This document shows positions 57,923 to 64,000 of a DNA stretch of 64,000 nt, piece after piece. Origin of the DNA: Armatimonadota bacterium (GTDB taxonomy: Bacteria > Armatimonadota > SYMT01); the NCBI GenBank assembly GCA_041690135.1, contig JAWLHY010000001.1:192001-256000 (forward strand), read 5' to 3'. Numbering within the stretch: the first letter of the stretch is position 1; each line of letters starts with the position of its first letter. A program made the position numbers and the translations under genes. Under the pieces are notes generated by a model, which worked only from the letters and a program-made list of their open reading frames with translations, had not been told where the DNA came from and searched no databases.

Positions 57923-58669
57923 ATGCTCCTGTTCCGACGACCTCGGAAGGCATTCACCCTGATCGAGCTTCTCGTGGTGATCGCCATTATTGCCATCCTC
58001 GCCGCCATCCTCTTCCCCGTCTTCGCTCGCGCACGCGAGGCGGCCCGCGCCAGCTCTTGCCGCTCCAACCTAAAACAGATGGCCACAGCGTGGGGGATGT
58101 ACACCCAAGATTATGATGAGCTATCGCCACGCTCCGCCAACGGCCCCAACCACCCGCCTTACACACTCCCTAACGGCGCAACCCATTCGGCCGGGTATAT
58201 GTTGTGGCACACCATGATCCACCCCTATCTCAAAAACGTGGGGGTGGTGGACTGTCCGAGCGGTGGCAGCGAGTCCAGCAAGTACACCGGCAACTACACC
58301 GGTGGAGGCCGTTACGGACAAAACGCCGTCAGTGCCGGCGCTGCGTTGGCGCAGTTCAACCGTCCCGCTGATACGATGATCTATGCGGACGTGCGCTCGA
58401 CGTACCACAAGGGTAGTCCTTCTAACACAGACATTGGTTCAGCAGCGGGAGTTCCAAACACCTGTGCCTACACCCTGGACCGATGGGACGAGCTTTGCGA
58501 TCGTCATAGCGATACGCTCAATGTCGCTTACGCCGACGGCCACGTGAAGTCTACAAAGAAGCGGCAGGTCCCCTACGAGTCCATTTCTCCCATCAACAAT
58601 GGGGATGAAGCGGGCGACCGGAAGAAGACCCCTGCGGAAGACATTTTCTGGCTCTGCACCCGCCCGTAA
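57923..58669 (+). CDS. Prepilin-type DUF1559 / H-X9-DG protein, paralogue 2
   Basis: Same motifs; highly similar to paralogue 1; AGGAGG RBS. Confidence 0.93.
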   Translation: MLLFRRPRKAFTLIELLVVIAIIAILAAILFPVFARAREAARASSCRSNLKQMATAWGMYTQDYDELSPRSANGPNHPPYTLPNGATHSAGYMLWHTMIHPYLKNVGVVDCPSGGSESSKYTGNYTGGGRYGQNAVSAGAALAQFNRPADTMIYADVRSTYHKGSPSNTDIGSAAGVPNTCAYTLDRWDELCDRHSDTLNVAYADGHVKSTKKRQVPYESISPINNGDEAGDRKKTPAEDIFWLCTRP

Positions 58670-58700
58670 GCCAGACAGGCTAACGCCACCAGTTACAGAG

Positions 58701-58726
58701 GGCCTGGACAGAGTTCTGTCCAGGCC
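58701..58726. terminator. Hairpin between convergent genes
   Basis: GGCCTGGACAGA-GT-TCTGTCCAGGCC. Confidence 0.55.
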
Positions 58727-58786
58727 TTCGCAGTCGTTATTGCAGGTGTCGTGATGCCTGTATGGGCAATTATTCCCCGTACCGCT

Positions 58787-59614
58787 CTAGTGCCCGCAGC
58801 AGGAACAAGCCGCGGCAGTGGCCTCTTTGTGCGCATCCAGGGTGGTCCGGGGTGGATTGGCGGGGTCCACCGCCGGAGCCGGGGTGTTGCCGCCCGTCCA
58901 GGCCCACTCGGTCCAGGTGCCGTTCCGGCCGGTCATGTCCCACTTCCAGCCGGCGAACGGCTCGTTCAGGGTGAGTTTCAGGCTCTCACCCACCCGCCAC
59001 ACCGTCCCCTCGGCGAAGTTGACGTTGTGGACCACGATCTGCTTGTTGTCGCGGCCGGTGCGCGCGGTGGTCTCGGCGGTCACGAAGCCCTTGACCACGG
59101 TCCGGAACCCCCCCTTGGTCCGGGTGAAGGATATGTCCGCAGGGGAAGCCAGCAGCCGTTTCTTCTCCCTTACGCGGCTGGGCGTGAAGATGCGCACCAA
59201 CAACTCCTGCGTTGCACGCGGGAACCGTTTATCCACGTACACCGCCGCCTCGAACTTCGGCGAGGGTTTGGCCTTCAGATCCGCCGTGCTCGGATAAACC
59301 GCTACCACCGTCGCCCCATCCAGTTTCTTGCCGTGGGCGGTGCCGCGGTCGATGTGGTGGACCATCACCATCCGGCAACTCGTCAACTGCGGGCCGAACA
59401 TGCACGGGCACCCCACGTTGCAGGAGCAATGGTGAATGCTCACCCCCGTGGCCTGCGGCTTCTTCGGCGTGCCGCTCGGCCCCGCCGGCTTCCGCCCCGC
59501 TAGCGGCTTGCGGGCCTGCGCCGCCAGCAGCGTTCCCGCGCTCGCCAACATGCCGGCCGTCCCAATAGCGACGATGAGGCGGCGTCCCGGATGCCCGGCG
59601 TTGAAAGGAAACAT
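58787..59614 (-). CDS. Exported DUF1326-like Cys-rich protein
   Basis: CSCNVGCPC.F, HIDRG...G..LDG, YVD.R....Q; C-terminal CSCCGH; start uncertain. Confidence 0.7.
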   Translation of the reverse strand: MFPFNAGHPGRRLIVAIGTAGMLASAGTLLAAQARKPLAGRKPAGPSGTPKKPQATGVSIHHCSCNVGCPCMFGPQLTSCRMVMVHHIDRGTAHGKKLDGATVVAVYPSTADLKAKPSPKFEAAVYVDKRFPRATQELLVRIFTPSRVREKKRLLASPADISFTRTKGGFRTVVKGFVTAETTARTGRDNKQIVVHNVNFAEGTVWRVGESLKLTLNEPFAGWKWDMTGRNGTWTEWAWTGGNTPAPAVDPANPPRTTLDAHKEATAAACSCCGH

Positions 59615-59793
59615 TCAGACGTTCTCCATAGGTGTGAGCCCGGACTCACGCGGGATTTGGTAATAAACCGTTAACGCCGTGGTCGCCAAATCCTAACACG
59701 ACGGAAGCGATGGCGTAACTTCCGAGCGCCAAACTCAGCATGGTCCGGCCCCTTCCGGCCGGTTCTCCTCTCACAAAGGAGTCGTGTAAAGCC

Positions 59794-60504
59794 ATGAAGA
59801 GACGCGCTTTCACCCTCATCGAGCTACTCGTCGTGATAGCGATCATCGCTATCCTCGCCGCCATCCTTTTTCCCGTCTTCGCGCAGGCCCGCGAAGCGGC
59901 ACGGAAGGCGAGTTGCCAGTCGAATTTCAAGCAGGTGGCCCTGGCTTTCAACATGTATAGCACCGACTTCGATGGGAATATGGTTCCCGCGGCCACCCTC
60001 GTAGCGCCGGGCTACACCTTTCCCAACGGCTGTACCATCGGCGCCGCCGGCTGCGGAGGTTATTCCGTGGGCGCCCAGATGTGCTGTTCCTTGTGGGGGC
60101 ACTCCCTCTATCCCTACGTGAAGAACGTCGGGGTCTACTCCTGCCCCAGCAATCTCTACAAGTATCCGGGCAACTATCACCCCTACGGTGGCATCTCCGC
60201 CAACCCCCTGGCGGTCGGCGCGTGCGGTACGCCGTTCAACGACTCCGCTTTCGAGAAGCCGGCCGATACGGTGCTGTTTGTCGACTCCGGCACCCGGGGA
60301 GCGGCCGGCGACTACTACCTGGCCTGGTGGGGCTACGCCTTCGCCAACAATGCCACCACCGTGGCACCGCGCCACAGCGAAACCGTTACCGTGGGCTGGG
60401 TCGACGGTCACGTGAAGGCGATGAAGGCGGGCCTGCTCCAGAGCAACGATCCCTATAGCTGTTCGGCGGGGCACCCGCTGTGGCGGCCGTTTAACAAACT
60501 GTAA
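59794..60504 (+). CDS. Prepilin-type DUF1559 / H-X9-DG protein, paralogue 3
   Basis: [18 protein letters not shown]; [16 protein letters not shown]; AAGGAG RBS. Confidence 0.93.
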   Translation: MKRRAFTLIELLVVIAIIAILAAILFPVFAQAREAARKASCQSNFKQVALAFNMYSTDFDGNMVPAATLVAPGYTFPNGCTIGAAGCGGYSVGAQMCCSLWGHSLYPYVKNVGVYSCPSNLYKYPGNYHPYGGISANPLAVGACGTPFNDSAFEKPADTVLFVDSGTRGAAGDYYLAWWGYAFANNATTVAPRHSETVTVGWVDGHVKAMKAGLLQSNDPYSCSAGHPLWRPFNKL

Positions 60505-60519
60505 GGGATACTCTCGTCA

Positions 60520-60783
60520 ATGATCACCGCCAACCTCAATCAGCCCCTTCGCCGTGGACTTTCGCTCGGCGCGGCCATTGCTTTAAGCGCCGGTCTCATC
60601 GGCTGTAACCCGCCGAATTCCCCCACGCCCTCCGCCGCGGGTGGAGTACCGCCGCAGCCGTTGCCGCCTACCGCCGCATCCGGAGCGCCGGGCGCCATGC
60701 CCGCCGCGGGAATGCCCGCCCAGGCCATGCCCGCCGCGGGCGCGCCGGCCATGCCCCAGGGTGCGGCCCCGGCGGCCCCGTAG
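60520..60783 (+). CDS. Small Pro/Ala-rich lipoprotein
   Basis: LIGC lipobox; AMPAAG repeats; directly downstream of paralogue 3. Confidence 0.7.
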   Translation: MITANLNQPLRRGLSLGAAIALSAGLIGCNPPNSPTPSAAGGVPPQPLPPTAASGAPGAMPAAGMPAQAMPAAGAPAMPQGAAPAAP

Positions 60784-60901
60784 ACCCCAGGGGAGGCTGT
60801 GCGCGAGTATCCGCCTCCCCATCCTTCCGGGGTTTACGGGGCCTGTCGCCTCACTCGGGCCCTATTCGTCCGCCCTGTTGATCTGGCAGGACGGCTCGGT
60901 A

Positions 60902-61073
60902 CTCTGTCGCCCCTCCGGGGCTCTTTCATACGGTCGGCACGTCCGGGGGTTTGCACCCCCGGCTATGCTCTTTCCGCCCCTCCGGGGCTCCGAAGCGGCC
61001 CTCCGGAGCTCCGAAGCACACCTCCGGGGCTCCGAACCGCCCCTCCGGGGCTCCGAAGCGCCCGTCCGGGGCT
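60902..61073. repeat. REP family B copy extended by 21-bp tandem repeats
   Basis: Reverse complement of 17432-17520, then GCCCCTCCGGGGCTCCGAAGC x4 plus a partial unit (60976-61073). Confidence 0.8.
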
Positions 61074-61127
61074 GGTCACTCACGTCAAGTAAAAGCTGAT
61101 GTATCCTGGCGATGCGGAAGGGCGGCT

Positions 61128-61342
61128 CCATCTGTGGGCACGTTGGTGGAGCCTATCCCATCTTTCCCATCCCATTCGGGCCGTATGGCTGCGTCATCTG
61201 TGGGCTCCCTCCGTCCCCATCGCTTCCGTCCTCTTTCCGCGTCCATCCCATACGGGCAAGCTCGCGTGTTCCGCGGGCAATCTCCCCCTCAATCTTTCCC
61301 ATCCCATACGGGCCGTAGGGCCGCGCTCATCTGTGGGCTCCG
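61128..61342. repeat. Imperfect direct repeats upstream of lysC
   Basis: ATCTGTGGGC x3 and CCATCCCAT(A/T)CGGGC x3. Confidence 0.55.
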
Positions 61343-61430
61343 CTTAACAACCCCGGCGTGCGTGTGAGATACTTTCTCCGTCTTCCGGCCCGGCAATCCA
61401 GTGGGTCCGGAGCAGCCGGATGAAGCACGC

Positions 61431-62666
61431 ATGGCATTGATCGTACAGAAGTACGGGGGGTCGTCCGTCGCCAACGCGGACCGCATCCTCCACGTGGCCG
61501 GGAGGGTGGCCGCCCGCGCCCGGGCAGGGAACCGGATGGTGGTCACGGTCTCCGCGATGGGGGACACCACCGACGAACTGATCGAGCTGGCGCAGAAGGT
61601 CACGAAACGGCCCTCGGACCGCGAGATGGATCTCCTGCTCTCAACGGGCGAGATCGTCTCCTGCACGCTGGTCGCCATGGCCCTCCGGGATATGGGAGTG
61701 CCCGCCGCCAGCTTCACCGGGGCCCAGGCCGGGATCATGACGGATCCCACCCACGGTCGCGCCCGCATCCTCAGCATCGATCCCGCCCGCATCCGGCGCT
61801 GCCTGGACGAGGGGCAGGTCGCCATCATCGCCGGGTTCCAGGGGATCAACGCCGAGACCGACATCACGACGTTGGGAAGGGGAGGCAGCGACACCACGGC
61901 GGTAGCGCTTGCCGCCGCGCTGCAGGCGGACTGCTGCGAGATCTACACGGACGTGGAAGGGGTGTACACCTCCGACCCGCGCATTGAGCCGCGCGCCCGC
62001 AAGCTGAAGGAAATCTCCTACGAGGAGATGCTGGAGCTCGCCAGCCAGGGCGCCCGCGTGATGCACCCCCGCGCCGTCGAGCTCGGCTCGATTTACCAGA
62101 TTCCCATTCTCGTCGCCAGCAGCATGGTCGACGCCCCCGGTACCCTGATCCACGGAGAATGCGAGATGGAACCCACCAACAAGGTCCGCGGCATCAGCCA
62201 CGACACGAACATTGCCAAGGTCACGGTGCTCGACGTGCCGGACCATCCCGGCGCGGCGGCCGAGATCTTCTCCGCCCTCGGCGGCGCGAACCTGGTGGCG
62301 GATACCATCGTCCAGAACGCCAGCGCCCACGGTCCCTTCACGGACGTGACCTTTACCGTAACCACCACGGATCTCCAGCGCGCCCTGGAAGCGATCCAGC
62401 CGGCCATCGAGAAAGTCGGCGCGAAGGGTGCCCAGACCGACGATCGCCTGGGCAAGGTGAGCATCGTCGGCACGGGCGTGCTGAACACCCCCGGCTACGC
62501 GCCCCGGATGTTCAAGACCCTGGCGGACCACGGCGTGAACATCGAGCTGATCACCACCAGCGAGATCCGCATCACCTGCATCATCGCGCAGGAGCAGATC
62601 CCCACCGCCGTCCGCGCTCTCCACGAGGCCTTCGAGCTCGAAAAGGCCGAGCCGGAGGCGGTGTAG
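61431..62666 (+). CDS. lysC: Aspartate kinase
   Basis: VQKYGGSSV, SAMGDTTD, TTLGRGGSDTTA, YTDVEGVY..DPR; two ACT domains ending TSEIRI. Confidence 0.96.
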   Translation: MALIVQKYGGSSVANADRILHVAGRVAARARAGNRMVVTVSAMGDTTDELIELAQKVTKRPSDREMDLLLSTGEIVSCTLVAMALRDMGVPAASFTGAQAGIMTDPTHGRARILSIDPARIRRCLDEGQVAIIAGFQGINAETDITTLGRGGSDTTAVALAAALQADCCEIYTDVEGVYTSDPRIEPRARKLKEISYEEMLELASQGARVMHPRAVELGSIYQIPILVASSMVDAPGTLIHGECEMEPTNKVRGISHDTNIAKVTVLDVPDHPGAAAEIFSALGGANLVADTIVQNASAHGPFTDVTFTVTTTDLQRALEAIQPAIEKVGAKGAQTDDRLGKVSIVGTGVLNTPGYAPRMFKTLADHGVNIELITTSEIRITCIIAQEQIPTAVRALHEAFELEKAEPEAV

Positions 62667-62667
62667 G

Positions 62668-62830
62668 GGAGCCACAGATTGCCACTGAAGAGTTGGAGAA
62701 GGAAAGTCCACAGATTACGCAGATGACGCAGATAAAGAAGAGTGGAACAAAGGGTTCAAACGCTTGCATCTCGCTACCCGGATGGGCCTTCCGCCTGGTT
62801 CCATCTTTCCAATCTGCGTCATCTGTGGAC
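62668..62830. repeat. 9-mer CACAGATT/ACGCAGAT repeat element, left part
   Basis: Outer arm GGAGCCACAGATT; inner inverted pair 62706-62724 / 62812-62830. Confidence 0.7.
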
Positions 62831-63002
62831 ATCCCTTCGCTGGTCCGCGGCTCCACTCCGATCAATGTTGCGGATGCGCGCCGACCTGATTCTAAATCTC
62901 GCCTAAAATAATAAAGGAATGTCCCCATCCGGGATCCTACATCTATTGTGTTGCCGTTAATCTAGCCTGTAGACGTAGGCTTGCCCGTAAGGAGGGCTTG
63001 TC

Positions 63003-63716
63003 ATGAATCGATCCCGAGGAACTCGAAAGGGCTTCACCTTGATTGAGCTACTCGTGGTGATCGCCATCATCGCGATTCTCGCTGCCATTCTCTTCCCCGT
63101 GTTTGCTCGTGCTCGCGAAGCCGCGCGAGCCGCTTCATGTAAATCCAATCTGAAGCAGGTCATCACCGGCATGTCGATGTACGTGCAGGACTATGACGAG
63201 TGTCTGCCGTTCAACTACCACTACAATGTCGATCGTTCTCAGCTCTGGTGGTGGGAAGACGATGTCCAGCCGTACGTCAAAAACTGGAACGTCTTTCTTT
63301 GCCCGAGCGCCAGTCCGCATTTCGGATATCCGACGCTCCGCCCCGTGGGGCAGCCGAATCCTCTGGTCTCGGACTATAAAGCGTACACTATCGCGAACTG
63401 GCCGGCCGGTTCGCCCTGGACGGGTCAGAGTGCGCCGATGGTAAGCTGCGCCGGTTCACCTACCTGCGGACCCCGCGCACTGGCGCAGATTGATGATGTC
63501 TCCGGTACCATCCATATCACCGATGCTTATGCATCGGAGATCTTCAGCTATGCCCATGTGGATGCGTGTGCCGCCTCCGGGCTCACCGGCTGCGAAGCCA
63601 CGCCTCGAAACCGGAAGAGACACAACGACGGCTTCAATGCGGCGTATGTCGATGGTCACGTGAAGTTCGTCAAGAACTCCAAGCCGGGTGACTGGACCAC
63701 CCGTGGCGGGGATTGA
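63003..63716 (+). CDS. Prepilin-type DUF1559 / H-X9-DG protein, paralogue 4
   Basis: [15 protein letters not shown]; [16 protein letters not shown]; AAGGAGG RBS. Confidence 0.93.
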   Translation: MNRSRGTRKGFTLIELLVVIAIIAILAAILFPVFARAREAARAASCKSNLKQVITGMSMYVQDYDECLPFNYHYNVDRSQLWWWEDDVQPYVKNWNVFLCPSASPHFGYPTLRPVGQPNPLVSDYKAYTIANWPAGSPWTGQSAPMVSCAGSPTCGPRALAQIDDVSGTIHITDAYASEIFSYAHVDACAASGLTGCEATPRNRKRHNDGFNAAYVDGHVKFVKNSKPGDWTTRGGD

Positions 63717-63746
63717 TCTTCAGCGCTACTTAAGGATGGAGTAAAC

Positions 63747-63778
63747 AAGAGGCCGAGCGGGAACCCGCTCGGCCTCTT
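63747..63778. terminator. Hairpin between convergent genes
   Basis: AAGAGGCCGAGCGGG-AA-CCCGCTCGGCCTCTT. Confidence 0.7.
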
Positions 63779-63788
63779 CCAATTCCAC

Positions 63789-63819
63789 ATCTTTCTAAAT
63801 CTGTGAAATCTGTGGCTCC
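63789..63819. repeat. 9-mer repeat element, right arm
   Basis: AATCTGTGAAATCTGTGGCTCC; last 13 nt are the exact reverse complement of 62668-62680. Confidence 0.7.
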
Positions 63820-63821
63820 GG

Positions 63822-64000
63822 CTATTCCGCCCCCGCCGGGATGTAGAGCTCGCCGCCCTGGGCTTTGAACTCTTCCGCCTTCTGCTTCAGGCCGGCTTCC
63901 ACGTCCTCGGCGTTCAGCACGTTCAGCTCCTGTTTGGCCACGAAGTCCCGCACTTCTTGCGTGATCTTCATGCTGCAGAACTTCGGACCGCACATGCTGC
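63822..64000 (-). CDS. thiC: Phosphomethylpyrimidine synthase, 3' end (partial)
   Basis: Manual translation [19 protein letters not shown]...[17 protein letters not shown], the ThiC C-terminal Fe-S Cys motif. Confidence 0.93.
   Translation of the reverse strand, partial: SMCGPKFCSMKITQEVRDFVAKQELNVLNAEDVEAGLKQKAEEFKAQGGELYIPAGAE

Noticed and set aside
60976-61073. Mini-CRISPR
   Set aside because: Contiguous 21-bp tandem units with no unique spacers
61090-61430. Lysine riboswitch upstream of lysC
   Set aside because: No recognisable L-box motifs; the region is explained by short repeats
63730-63993. Listed 87-aa minus-strand ORF
   Set aside because: Wrong frame; another minus-strand frame encodes the ThiC C-terminus

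Overview
High-GC bacterial chromosome segment. The combination of DUF1559/H-X9-DG prepilin-like paralogues, a DUF1549/DUF1553-DUF1501-WD40 operon and an outer-membrane porin next to Firmicutes-like ytxG/ytxH/yktB genes suggests an Armatimonadota-like organism (inference). Housekeeping blocks are folP-guaA-hpt-rho, a nitrogen cluster (sigma factor-porin-amtB-glnK divergent from glnB-glnE), lysC and the 3' end of thiC. The clearest accessory element is a lower-GC island at about 12.6-17.4 kb. It encodes a 1187-aa metallophosphoesterase-NACHT-LRR (bacterial NLR-like) protein, has a transposase remnant at its left edge and is bracketed by a ~129-bp direct repeat. The right copy of that repeat is interrupted by a 154-bp MITE with a 10-bp target duplication, and the left copy is the empty site. 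The intergenic DNA is rich in REP/REPIN-like repeats of several families: a 3-unit ~550-bp array after glnE, direct repeats bracketing a BlaR/class D-like gene, and inverted repeats bracketing a prepilin-like gene. Other leads are a PspA-membrane coiled-coil-J-domain operon, a TPR protein ending in a RiPP-leader-like domain, and a candidate structured RNA at the window start. No CRISPR array, rRNA or tRNA was recognised. All family assignments come from motifs read by eye; no searches were run.
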